From Candidatus Latescibacterota bacterium (lineage in GTDB: Bacteria > Latescibacterota > CBDEFO01): a stretch of 64,000 bases of DNA. The DNA lies in the NCBI GenBank assembly GCA_965248755.1, contig OZ252149.1, positions 384,001 to 448,000 of the forward strand, given 5' to 3'. Under the pieces are notes generated by a model. The model saw only the letters and a program-made list of their open reading frames with translations. It was not told where the DNA came from and did no database searches. The translations under genes and the position numbers were made by a program. Each line of letters begins with the position of its first letter. Position 1 is the first letter of the stretch. Shown here piece after piece: positions 50,833-60,531 of the stretch.

Positions 50833-51636
50833 TTACTTTGCTTTTCTTAACACAAGGAACATCCCGCAAGCGGTGAAGAACAAAACCGCGCTTAAGCCCT
50901 GATTCGCATTCATGGGAACATTGCCGATATTAAATAAGATCATACTATCGTAGTAGCGCAGGAAATCCACTGAGAACCGGGCTATCGAATAGAGCCCCAC
51001 GAAAGACCAAAACGTAAAGCCATCGAAACTTTTGAACCTCTCTATGAATGTCAAGATACCGAATATCCCCAGACCGTATAAAGAGGAATATATCTGAGTC
51101 GGGTGTATCTTGGCATCAGGGAAAATATAACCCGCAAGACTCTCATCGGGGAATACTACGCCCCATGCAAGATCGCACTCCCTTCCGAAGCAACACCCGT
51201 TCAGAAAACAACCGATTCTAGTAAAGAATATGCCCAGAGCAATCGAAGGGGCCATCACATCGGCCATTTTCCAAAAGGATATATTTCTTTTTCGCGTATA
51301 GACCACGCTCGCAAAGATAGACAGTATTAATCCCCCGTAGAAGACCAATCCCGATATTCCTATGCTATCACCCCCAAAAGGATTTACAATATCCAAAGGA
51401 CTCTCTGAAAACTCGTTCCAGTGAAAGAGGACATAGGCAAATCTTGCGCCTATTACGGCCGCTATTATAATATACAGCGACAGATCCACAATATCCGCCC
51501 TTTTGATCCCAACCTGCTTCCCTCTTCTGACCGCCAGATAGATTCCACACAGAAAAGCAAAAGCCAGCATCAACCCGTATCCTCTTATCTGAAGATGCCC
51601 CAAAGGCGTAGAAATCTCGAATAAAATGGAACGCAT
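50833..51636 (-). CDS. lgt: Prolipoprotein diacylglyceryl transferase
   Basis: YGLM, GAR, GLVFYGG, RIGCFLNGCCFG, HPTQIY, RF..DFLR. Confidence 0.95.
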   Translation of the reverse strand: MRSILFEISTPLGHLQIRGYGLMLAFAFLCGIYLAVRRGKQVGIKRADIVDLSLYIIIAAVIGARFAYVLFHWNEFSESPLDIVNPFGGDSIGISGLVFYGGLILSIFASVVYTRKRNISFWKMADVMAPSIALGIFFTRIGCFLNGCCFGRECDLAWGVVFPDESLAGYIFPDAKIHPTQIYSSLYGLGIFGILTFIERFKSFDGFTFWSFVGLYSIARFSVDFLRYYDSMILFNIGNVPMNANQGLSAVLFFTACGMFLVLRKAK

Positions 51637-51772
51637 CTGTTTCTTGCTCCTTCCCCCGATTTTGAGTGTCCGGTAACAATAGTGCTTGAGTAATTAGGGG
51701 GTGAAATACCCTGTCCTCCCCGAACCCCGATTGAATCTATAGGGGGACAATCGGGGGCTACGGTCTATTTGC

Positions 51773-53044
51773 TTAATATTCGTGCCTTCGCACGCTTACG
51801 TTAAGCAATAATCCCACTAAAATCATGTTTGTTAAGAGCGAAGATCCCCCATAACTCAAAAAGGGCAATGGAAGACCCGTCACAGGCATTAAATCCAAAG
51901 TCATCCCCACGTTCACAAACACGTGAAAGACCAATATCGAGGCCAGCCCTATTGCCAGAAGACCGGAGAACTTGTTCTTGACAGAAGAAGCGATCTTTAT
52001 CGCCCGCCATGCAATAAGATAGAGCAGAGTAAGCAGGACAATAGAGCCTAAGAATCCGTGCTCTTCCCCTATGACAGAGAAGATAGAGTCCGTGTGACCG
52101 AGCGGTAAAAAGCCAAAGTTTGTCTGAGTCCCATTCAAAAAGCCTTTCCCCCACATTCCTCCAGAACCTATCGCCACTTTTGACTGAGACACCTGATAGC
52201 GCGCGCCCAGAGGATCCATCGCAGGGTTTATAAACGCCAGTATCCTTTGACGCTGATAATCGTGCAGGCGCTCCCATATATAAGGAGTCGCTGCCCCTAC
52301 ACCCACATTCAGCATAAGCAGTAACGCTGTGATCCACGGTCGCGGCCTCCAAAACCATATAGCCCCTATCAAGACAACGAAGAAAAGCCCCCACCACAGC
52401 GCCGATCCGATCTCTTCACCGTATAGTGCAAACGTACAGCTCAAAAGAGGAGAAAGTATCGCAAAGAGATAGATGAACCTTGCACCCGCCCAGTAGAGCA
52501 TAGAAAAGAAAATCGCGCCAAAGACCAAAGCCGTTCCTAAATCAGGCTGCTTAGCTATCAAGGCCATGGGAATCAAAGTCATAACGAGCGGAACTATAAG
52601 ACGACTCGGTTTTTCCAGACTCCAATCCTTCAAAGACAAATATCTGGCCAGCGCTATAACCAAGCCTATCTTGGCAAGCTCCGAAGGCTGGAACTTCAGA
52701 GGTCCAAGGCTGAACCATCTGGTGGCATTTGCCACACTTGCCCCCCAAAGAAATAAAAGGATGAGCAAGATCACCGATATTCCGAATATCACATAGGCAA
52801 AAGCGTAGAAAAATTTGTTCGGAATGGCTACAGAGAAAGCCATCGCTCCCAATCCCAGAACCGCCCATAGAATCTGCTTTTTATATATGCCCTTAAGATC
52901 ATTATCTTCATTATGCGTGGCGCTGTAGATAGCCACTATCCCTACTACAACTATAAGCAGAGCTGCTCCCAAAAGGACAAAATCAATATTCTTTTTGAAG
53001 ACTTCACCATTTAACATCTTAATCTCCACCAAACAAGTAGACAT
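51773..53044 (-). CDS. rodA: Rod shape-determining SEDS glycosyltransferase RodA
   Basis: FQPSELAK, QPDLGT, AIGSGG, GEE.G, PVTGLPLPFLSYGGSS. Confidence 0.95.
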   Translation of the reverse strand: MSTCLVEIKMLNGEVFKKNIDFVLLGAALLIVVVGIVAIYSATHNEDNDLKGIYKKQILWAVLGLGAMAFSVAIPNKFFYAFAYVIFGISVILLILLFLWGASVANATRWFSLGPLKFQPSELAKIGLVIALARYLSLKDWSLEKPSRLIVPLVMTLIPMALIAKQPDLGTALVFGAIFFSMLYWAGARFIYLFAILSPLLSCTFALYGEEIGSALWWGLFFVVLIGAIWFWRPRPWITALLLMLNVGVGAATPYIWERLHDYQRQRILAFINPAMDPLGARYQVSQSKVAIGSGGMWGKGFLNGTQTNFGFLPLGHTDSIFSVIGEEHGFLGSIVLLTLLYLIAWRAIKIASSVKNKFSGLLAIGLASILVFHVFVNVGMTLDLMPVTGLPLPFLSYGGSSLLTNMILVGLLLNVSVRRHEY

Positions 53045-53047
53045 CAG

Positions 53048-54898
53048 TCAGTGGACAGTAGACAGCGCATGCTCTCCTCCTGCCTGCATGCTGTCTACTG
53101 TTTGCCGTCCACTTATTTGCTTCAGATAGGTCTCTATGATCTGGCCCACTAAAGGAGCCGCCACACTTCCCCCATGACCTGAATTTTCAACTATAGCGGC
53201 CACAGCGATGATCGGATCCTCAAACGGAGCGAACCCTATAAACCACGCGTGATCTTCTCCGTGAGGGTTTTGGGATGTCCCGGTCTTTCCCGCAACCTTG
53301 TATCCCTTCACCCTTGCGAGCCGACCCGTGCCTCTCTTTTCCTCAACAACTCCCAAAAGCGCCCTTCCCATTACTTCAAACGTCTCTTGCGAGACACCAC
53401 TGATCTTTCTAAATTCATTTTGCGGCTCCGGAGACCACGAACCGTCCGGCGCAGCAGATCCCTTATAAAGATGAGGACGTGCCACCTTCCCCTTGGTAGC
53501 TATACCTCCGATAAAACACGCCATCTGAATCGGACTTACCAGAGTCTCTCCCTGACCGATAGCTAGATTCAACAGAGCCCCACCAGACCATCCCCTCTTT
53601 CCATAAGCCGCGTCAAAATATTCCCTTGTGGGGATAAGCCCTTTCTCCTCTCCATCTAAGTCTATCCCGGTCTCCTTTTCGAATCCGAACTTCTTAGCAT
53701 AATTGACCCAGCTTTCCAGCCCTACCTGCACGCCCAATTGGTAAAAATAGACATCGCACGACTGCTTTATCGCCTCATGGAGGTCTAAACTTCCGTGTCC
53801 CTTCTGGCTCCAACACTTAAAGCCTCTATCTCCGAAAGTCATCACGCCCCTACACGGAATCGGCATCCTCTTTCCTTCATCTACGATCTCCATTTCGAGC
53901 GCGGCTGCTGCCATTATCAATTTGAACGTCGAACCTGGAGGATAGAGCCCTTGAATTGTCCTGTTTAAAAGAGGGCGACCAGGATCGTTTCGGAGAAGGT
54001 CCCACTCCTTCTTGCTCATCCCTGACGCAAACTCGTTCGGATCAAAGTTCGGCCTGCTGACCATCGCCAATACCTCCCCGGTGCGCGGGTCAATAGCTAC
54101 TAAACTCCCTTGTGCGCTGTCCGGAAACGCCCTTTCAGCCGCCTCCTGAAGGTTCTTATCTATGGTCATCCACACATCGTTCCCTGGCTTAGGCTCCTTC
54201 CCCCTGCCTGGAATCACCCTTATAACCCTCTCCACAGCGTTCACCTCTCTCCACTGGACGCCGTTTTGCCCCTTTAAGACATTCTCATAAACCAATTCAA
54301 CCCCCTTTTTGCCCAACCACTGATCCCTGAGATATCCCTCCGACTTGAGTTTCTCCAGTTCCCTCTGGCTTATTACCCCCACGTACCCCAACACGTGGGA
54401 CACAAACTTCTCCATCAGATATCTTCTTTTCGCATCCAACTGTATCTCTACACCCGGCAGATCATCCCTGTTTTCCTGTACAACAGAAGCCACCTCAAAT
54501 CCCACATCTCTCCTCAGCTTAACGGGTTGAAAGATCATAAGCGGCCCTATCTTCCTATCCTCTATAGCACCATCCAGACCTGTAAGGTTCCTTATGCTCT
54601 CTATGGCCCTCTGCATATTCCCCCCAACGTACGGCACATACGAGATAGTGTAAGAGGGTTGATTATCCACCAATATCTCTCCATTTCTGTCCTTGATCAG
54701 CCCTCGTGCCGCCTCTATCGGGACTGAACGTTCTATATTCCCCTGAGATGCATCTCCGTAGCGCTTTGAAGCCATCACCTGAAGATAAAAGAGCTTCCCC
54801 ACCAACAGAAGAAATAAAGACAGCATGAACCATATACTTAATTTTGCTCGCCTTTCTATAAACGAAGCGTCCCTAAATCTGTATCCAGGAACCGTCAT
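53048..54898 (-). CDS. mrdA: Penicillin-binding protein 2
   Basis: RG.I.DRNG, PGSTFK, SCDVYFY, KTGT. Confidence 0.95.
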   Translation of the reverse strand: MTVPGYRFRDASFIERRAKLSIWFMLSLFLLLVGKLFYLQVMASKRYGDASQGNIERSVPIEAARGLIKDRNGEILVDNQPSYTISYVPYVGGNMQRAIESIRNLTGLDGAIEDRKIGPLMIFQPVKLRRDVGFEVASVVQENRDDLPGVEIQLDAKRRYLMEKFVSHVLGYVGVISQRELEKLKSEGYLRDQWLGKKGVELVYENVLKGQNGVQWREVNAVERVIRVIPGRGKEPKPGNDVWMTIDKNLQEAAERAFPDSAQGSLVAIDPRTGEVLAMVSRPNFDPNEFASGMSKKEWDLLRNDPGRPLLNRTIQGLYPPGSTFKLIMAAAALEMEIVDEGKRMPIPCRGVMTFGDRGFKCWSQKGHGSLDLHEAIKQSCDVYFYQLGVQVGLESWVNYAKKFGFEKETGIDLDGEEKGLIPTREYFDAAYGKRGWSGGALLNLAIGQGETLVSPIQMACFIGGIATKGKVARPHLYKGSAAPDGSWSPEPQNEFRKISGVSQETFEVMGRALLGVVEEKRGTGRLARVKGYKVAGKTGTSQNPHGEDHAWFIGFAPFEDPIIAVAAIVENSGHGGSVAAPLVGQIIETYLKQISGRQTVDSMQAGGEHALSTVH

Positions 54899-55389
54899 AA
54901 ATCATCCCGTTTCAATCCTAAAGCGGCGAAAGACCAGATCGCTATCCCCAAAACTGTGCTGTAAAGAGCAGTTCCCAAGCCCTGCTGAAAGAACGCAAAA
55001 AATGTCCTAACTACATCTCGGCTCAAACAACATACCGAGTAACATAGCAAATAGATAATATCGTGCAGGACAACCGTGCCAAATATTATAAAGGCCCGCA
55101 CCAGGGAACTTTCTATTACCACATTACCTCGCCCGTATCCCACGGCAAATCCCACAAGAGATTTAGATAGAGCGTTAATCCCCAAAGGCTCAGCAGAGTA
55201 CACGTCCTGAATAAACCCAGCAAAAAACCCAAAGAGCACCGCCTCCATCTGCCCTCTCGATAGCCCTATATAGACCAAAACAAGGAGTATAAGATCAGGA
55301 CTGAAGCCAAACACTGAGACATTTGAAGCGTACGACAGTTGAACTACTAAAACCAGCGTCATCAAAAGGATGTCTCTTATTGTCCTCAC
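54895..55389 (-). CDS. mreD: Rod shape-determining protein MreD
   Basis: PDLILL, GF..GFIQD, LG.NAL; directly upstream of mrdA. Confidence 0.88.
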   Translation of the reverse strand: MRTIRDILLMTLVLVVQLSYASNVSVFGFSPDLILLVLVYIGLSRGQMEAVLFGFFAGFIQDVYSAEPLGINALSKSLVGFAVGYGRGNVVIESSLVRAFIIFGTVVLHDIIYLLCYSVCCLSRDVVRTFFAFFQQGLGTALYSTVLGIAIWSFAALGLKRDDL

Positions 55390-55578
55390 TAAAGCGACCT
55401 TTTTCTAAGTAAACAGTAGAGGGCGTGCAGGAAGAGGGAACGATGCCCTGTCTACTGACTACGAGATCAGCCTGGCCCACTCCGTGGCTTGCTGCCACCC
55501 CAGCACAGCGGGCACGCCGCCTCGCAATGACAGTTGAGGGGAAAGGAGGCGTCCTGCCTACTTTCTACTGATTCAATT

Positions 55579-57606
55579 TTACCTCCATATCTTAAGCTTA
55601 TCGCCCGGATATATCCTTTCCAATTTGTGGATTCCATTCCACGTTGCAATATCCTTGACGCCTATGCCCAATCTCAAAGATATCTCCCCGAGCGTGTCCC
55701 CCTTTTCCACTGTATATATCACAAGCGTTTTAGACGCCTTTCCATCCTTGTCACCATCTGTTTGCTCGCGAAGGATAATCCTATCCCCAGGATGGATATA
55801 CTCTTTGGCCGATATACCGTTCAACTTCAAAAGCTTGTTCGTACTGGTGCCGTACATAAGGGCGATCTTATTCAGATTGTCCCCCTTTACCACCGTATAT
55901 ATCACAAGCGTTTTAGACGCCTTTCCATCCTTGTCATCATCTGTTTGCTCGCGAAGGATGATCCTATCCCCAGGATGGATATACTGTTTGGCCGACATAC
56001 CGTTCAACTTCAAAAGCTTGTTCGTACTGGTGCCGTACATAAGGGCGATCTTAGTCAGATTGTCCCCCTTTACTACCAAATGAACATCTTTATCATACCC
56101 ACCATACTGTGCAGGCTCTAAGTTCGAGAGCCTTGCTAAATCTATCTTACCGTCAGGCACAGGTATCATAAGATACTTTCCATGTCTGATCCTGTTCGGG
56201 TTTTTCAATGAATTAGCATAGACGATAGCCTTCTGGGATGTTTTGAACTTTCTTGCTATGCGCCAGATGCTGTCTCCCCTTTTGATCCTGTACCTTTGCC
56301 AGATGACCTTTTTGCTACTAGGGAGCTCATCATAATTGAGCACAAATTTTTCCATCGCACCCTTGGGTATCATAAGCCTGTAACTCTCTACGTTCATAGG
56401 CACATAATTACGCCTCAGCTCAGGATTTAATGACTTTATCTCCTGGTATGATGTCCCGGCACACTCGGCTGCAACTAAAAGACTCATCCCCCAGGGAACC
56501 TCTACTTCGTCGTACTCTATCGGAGGATCATATACTAAATCGTCGAATCCGAATGCTTCAGGATTTTTTGACATAACCACCGCGGCCATAAAAGCCGGTA
56601 CGAAGTTTTTTGTCTCCCTTGGGAGATCCAGATCCCAAAAGTTTCTGGATTTAGCCTTACTTACCGCTCTATTCAACCTCCCTCGGCCGCAGTTGTACGC
56701 AGCTAATGCCAGTCGCCAATCCTCCAGATGAGTGTAAAGATCCTTCAGATGCCTGGCAGCTGCTACTGTGGACTTTATAGGATCTCTCCTTTCATCTATT
56801 CCCCAGTCTCTCCTGAGCCCGTAGAGGAGCCCCGTAGAAGGTATAAACTGCCACAATCCCGCGGCTCCTGCTTTCGAGTAAGCCTGAGGCTTAAAACCGC
56901 TTTCAATCATAGAAAGATAGATCAGATCTAAGGGCAAACCCTCTTCTTCAAATATTCCCCGCATCATGCCCAAATATCTTCCAGATCGCCTCAGTCTCTG
57001 GCGGAAAATCTCTTTGGCCTTGGTCTGAAAATATTCGATAGTTCTTTTGACCTTCATATTATAATCTATCTGGATGTCGCACGCCTTGGCTATTTGGCTC
57101 ACCAAAATAAATTGATGTAAATCTCCGTCTCCCTTAACTTCCTCGTCCATCCCCTCCAAAAACACGGACAATGGACTCTCTGCAGACAGGGCTGACACGT
57201 CCGGAATCAGTCTCTTATACTCTTCCTCCAAAGATTTTATGGCTTCCACGAAACTCTTAAAAAGCTCAGGCTCTGATTCCATTCCGACTTCACAACCAGA
57301 AAGCAATAAAGAAGCTGCATCCAACTCGTTCTGCGCCCCATCTGCGTCTCCCGCCTTATGCACTTTTACCGCCCTTCCGATCATATCTTGCGCCATCCTA
57401 ATTCTCTCTTCATCTGAAATCTCAACCACAGGTGCATATACTGAGTCTGGCTCTGATATAACTAGTTCCTTTTCATCAACAGGTATCGAAGAACTTCTCG
57501 GGGCCTCCGATTGATTATTGCGTTGAATCCCAACTAACCCCGATAACCCACATCCTCCTGTTAGAACAACCAACAGTGATAACACCTGCAGTTTAGCTTT
57601 CAACAT
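55579..57606 (-). CDS. mltD: Lytic murein transglycosylase (SLT domain) lipoprotein with LysM repeats, MltD-like
   Basis: Lipobox TGGC; IESGF, AGLWQFIP, ALAAYN, LPRET; four KGD/RGD-type LysM domains. Confidence 0.88.
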   Translation of the reverse strand: MLKAKLQVLSLLVVLTGGCGLSGLVGIQRNNQSEAPRSSSIPVDEKELVISEPDSVYAPVVEISDEERIRMAQDMIGRAVKVHKAGDADGAQNELDAASLLLSGCEVGMESEPELFKSFVEAIKSLEEEYKRLIPDVSALSAESPLSVFLEGMDEEVKGDGDLHQFILVSQIAKACDIQIDYNMKVKRTIEYFQTKAKEIFRQRLRRSGRYLGMMRGIFEEEGLPLDLIYLSMIESGFKPQAYSKAGAAGLWQFIPSTGLLYGLRRDWGIDERRDPIKSTVAAARHLKDLYTHLEDWRLALAAYNCGRGRLNRAVSKAKSRNFWDLDLPRETKNFVPAFMAAVVMSKNPEAFGFDDLVYDPPIEYDEVEVPWGMSLLVAAECAGTSYQEIKSLNPELRRNYVPMNVESYRLMIPKGAMEKFVLNYDELPSSKKVIWQRYRIKRGDSIWRIARKFKTSQKAIVYANSLKNPNRIRHGKYLMIPVPDGKIDLARLSNLEPAQYGGYDKDVHLVVKGDNLTKIALMYGTSTNKLLKLNGMSAKQYIHPGDRIILREQTDDDKDGKASKTLVIYTVVKGDNLNKIALMYGTSTNKLLKLNGISAKEYIHPGDRIILREQTDGDKDGKASKTLVIYTVEKGDTLGEISLRLGIGVKDIATWNGIHKLERIYPGDKLKIWR
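55695..56075. repeat. 183-bp intragenic tandem duplication (LysM + linker)
   Basis: TGTCCCCCTTT recurs at 55695, 55878 and 56061; the 61-aa units are near-identical. Confidence 0.9.
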
Positions 57607-57701
57607 CGCCTCCCTTTGGCAGTTAAGAACTCAGAAAACGAGTAGACAGGGGAATGTCCTCTCATCTCTGTTTGCTGTCTACTCTTTTGGCATTTCCTTA
57701 T

Positions 57702-58520
57702 CTATTCCCCCTCCACTCTCCTTTCCACCCAGACCTTAGATGTAACAACAAAAGCATCTCTATATCCCTTTGACCTGACAATCTCCAGTGTTACCTCAGC
57801 CTGAAACCTGTCAGTGAAATCACCGATCCTGACCTTATAAAACGCAGGCTCAAAGTCCACGTAGACGCCTATATTGAACAGTTCTTCCGCCTCCTGCCTT
57901 ACCTTCTGCGCAGTATCTGCATTTTCAAGCATCATTATCTGGATCCGAAAGCCCTCTGCCTCCTCCTTAATTGTCTTCATCTCTTTCGTGACATTTATCT
58001 GTGTAGGAGCCCAGAAGGCGTCGCTGTAGCCCTTCAGCTTAGCCTCAGCTGTCAAGCTCTGCACCTCCTCCACTGTCCTGCAATCTCCTATTCTCACCCG
58101 GTAAAGGGGCGGATCATACTCAACATATATTCCTACGTTAAGTTTTTCCAACGCCTCCCCCTTTACCCTTTCTGCCATACCCCGATCGATGCCAGCAAAA
58201 ATCTGGACCCTGTAGCCGTCAACTATCTCATAGCTAAGCGTATCACCTGAAGGCACGGGCTCATACTGCAAGATCTCCTTCTCAACTCCAGGAGCAAAAG
58301 AGGCTGTATCCTCCGTGGTGTTCTCCTCAGGGCCCACATCAGGTCTTATCACTATATCGTTATCGTCTAAAGATCCCGGATCAAAATCCTCCCATGCAGG
58401 AGGCATCTTTACTACATCTTTCCTGGTACCCGAACAACCGACCGCAAGGATCAAAGACGCTATTACGATCCCCACAAATCTCAACCGAACAATCACCTTT
58501 GTTCCTCCTCCCAGAGGCAC
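57702..58520 (-). CDS. SPOR domain lipoprotein (two SPOR domains)
   Basis: LAVGC lipobox; GYRVQI...YRVRIGD...GYSDAF twice. Confidence 0.85.
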   Translation of the reverse strand: MPLGGGTKVIVRLRFVGIVIASLILAVGCSGTRKDVVKMPPAWEDFDPGSLDDNDIVIRPDVGPEENTTEDTASFAPGVEKEILQYEPVPSGDTLSYEIVDGYRVQIFAGIDRGMAERVKGEALEKLNVGIYVEYDPPLYRVRIGDCRTVEEVQSLTAEAKLKGYSDAFWAPTQINVTKEMKTIKEEAEGFRIQIMMLENADTAQKVRQEAEELFNIGVYVDFEPAFYKVRIGDFTDRFQAEVTLEIVRSKGYRDAFVVTSKVWVERRVEGE

Positions 58521-59440
58521 TTTACGGCCGCCGCCAAGAGCGGGATCATTATCTCGTGATGCCCTATGATAGAAAAACCCCTTGCCGTCGGCCTATCAAC
58601 CACATTTACCTTCGTACGATAGTGATCTATCATATCAAAATTGACAGTCATAAAGTCTTGCGCCTTATGACCCAAATTCCTTACCACACATAAAGCCTTC
58701 AGGAATACCTCAGGCATGATTACGGCCGAACCCACATTCAACACAGCTCCTCCCTCTATATTCTCAAGGGAAGCAGTAAATATCTTAAAATCCCTGTAGC
58801 TGGAGTCCCCGAACGCCGCGCCCTCAGCCGTAGGCTGCTGATGCACAATATCGGTTCCCAAAGCCACGTGAACTGTCACCGGAATTGACAGCCTATATCC
58901 TACGGCAAGAAGGCTTAGGTTCAGATTTTCCGCCTTAATTTGGTGAAGTTCCCTCCCAAGCGATTCGCCGTATCCCAATTTCTCGGCCATAGCCTTGGAT
59001 GCTGCTCCATTTACAAATCTGCCCGTATCTTCGGACATTCCGAACGACCCATTCTCCAGGTTCTCCAGCACGTCCTCAGACGTCTTTCCCCAGAGCGCAA
59101 CCTCGGAGTCGTGAATCGCCCCTGCCCCGTTCATCGCCAAGTGGCTTATGAAATCTCTTTCCATCAGGTCTATTAAAATAGGATTCAACCCGCACTTAAT
59201 AACGTGCGCCCCGATCATCCATATTACGGGCTTTTTTCCTCTCCTTGAGGAGACGATCTCCTCTACCACATCCCGCAGATCTTTCCCCTTCAAGATGTTC
59301 GGCAGAGAATCTATAAATTCTTTGAAACCTCCTCCCGCTGCAAAAACAGATGCAAAATCTTCTACCAAGACCTTGCTCTTCCTATTCTCGAACGGGTGCA
59401 TCCTCACTTTCCCAAGATCTGTCTGCCTGTATTTCGACAT
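58493..59440 (-). CDS. Conserved hypothetical protein, deoxyhypusine-synthase-like fold
   Basis: GAHVIK.G, AMNGAGAIHD.E, PVTVHVALGTDI.H, GSAVIMPEVFLKA, GHHE. Confidence 0.65.
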   Translation of the reverse strand: MSKYRQTDLGKVRMHPFENRKSKVLVEDFASVFAAGGGFKEFIDSLPNILKGKDLRDVVEEIVSSRRGKKPVIWMIGAHVIKCGLNPILIDLMERDFISHLAMNGAGAIHDSEVALWGKTSEDVLENLENGSFGMSEDTGRFVNGAASKAMAEKLGYGESLGRELHQIKAENLNLSLLAVGYRLSIPVTVHVALGTDIVHQQPTAEGAAFGDSSYRDFKIFTASLENIEGGAVLNVGSAVIMPEVFLKALCVVRNLGHKAQDFMTVNFDMIDHYRTKVNVVDRPTARGFSIIGHHEIMIPLLAAAVKCLWEEEQR

Positions 59441-60311
59441 TCTCTCCGTTTTCCCCATTGATGCTATATTCCACAAGTCTAACGTCAATGTGTCCTATCA
59501 CTATCTTGCTCTTCATACGGACCGGAATCTTTCTGTCATCGTCCGTCAGCCACACAGTCAGTCTTCCCTGGTGCTTAAAGAGCGCCCCCGACTTTAGCAT
59601 AGGTTCTATCACCAGACAAGCCAACTTTCCTAACTTAGTCTTTATCACATCTCTCCTCAGCACCTTTACCTTTAGAGGATAGACCTTCGCATTATCATGA
59701 TTGTCCACCAACAGTGTCTGTCCTACTTCAAGCTCTTGGGTCCTTATATAATAGAACGCTGAAAGTCCGTCCTGAACGTACGGAGGCACCGGGATCGTAT
59801 CTCCATTTGTGATTGCCAGGTGATTTATCTGGTCGTAGATAACCGACCTGTCAGCCCTATATGTTCCCTCCCGCAAATGCTTCTCAAACTTCCAGGGATA
59901 TATCCCCTCCACGTCTATAAACGACTCAACCCTATCTCTGACTCTGTAGAACACAGAAAAAGCCTTGTTAGACTCTGTAGTAGAGACCGCACGATAACAC
60001 TTTCTCCCGTTCACCACTTCTAACCCTGTGATCTCCACCACCGATTTTCCGGCCTTAATAGGCCCGAACTGTATCGAATAGACCAGCTTCTCTCCCACTT
60101 CGAACGCGCCGTTTTTTATCCTTCTTGCTCCATCCCCGATAGGTTCAATCGGGGACGCGGCGGTCGTAAGACCTGTATCCATATCAGGGAGACTATCCGT
60201 CACCACACTGTCCTGACCGTACGCCGACCCTAAAGACAGCGCGAAAGAGGAGAGGATCCATAGCAAAATGCGAAATTTAGAATACGATCTCATAACCTGT
60301 ATAAAGCTCAT
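59382..60311 (-). CDS. DUF3108 domain exported protein
   Basis: Signal peptide; GEKLVY...G.IKAG, FYRVRD, D.LSAFYYIR, W.TDD.RKIPV. Confidence 0.8.
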   Translation of the reverse strand: MSFIQVMRSYSKFRILLWILSSFALSLGSAYGQDSVVTDSLPDMDTGLTTAASPIEPIGDGARRIKNGAFEVGEKLVYSIQFGPIKAGKSVVEITGLEVVNGRKCYRAVSTTESNKAFSVFYRVRDRVESFIDVEGIYPWKFEKHLREGTYRADRSVIYDQINHLAITNGDTIPVPPYVQDGLSAFYYIRTQELEVGQTLLVDNHDNAKVYPLKVKVLRRDVIKTKLGKLACLVIEPMLKSGALFKHQGRLTVWLTDDDRKIPVRMKSKIVIGHIDVRLVEYSINGENGENVEIQADRSWESEDAPVRE

Positions 60312-60316
60312 GTGTA

Positions 60317-60343
60317 CAATCGGGATAAAGAATCCCGATTGTA
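60317..60343. other. Strong intergenic hairpin
   Basis: ACAATCGGGAT-AAAGA-ATCCCGATTGT; arms resemble the dispersed CCCGATTG palindrome. Confidence 0.6.
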
Positions 60344-60531
60344 AAATTAAGAGGAAGTTACTTTACATTCTTACCAAGTTCACATTAATCCTTTCATTTT
60401 TATTTGCATGAGGTGTCTTCGCATCAAAAACACAAGGAGGTTACCTCCGTGTGGGGAGTCACCAGCATGGCCAAATGGACTATTGGAAAGCACGCGCGCA
60501 GAGCCGTCACAACTGGCGTCGAAGGAGAACA

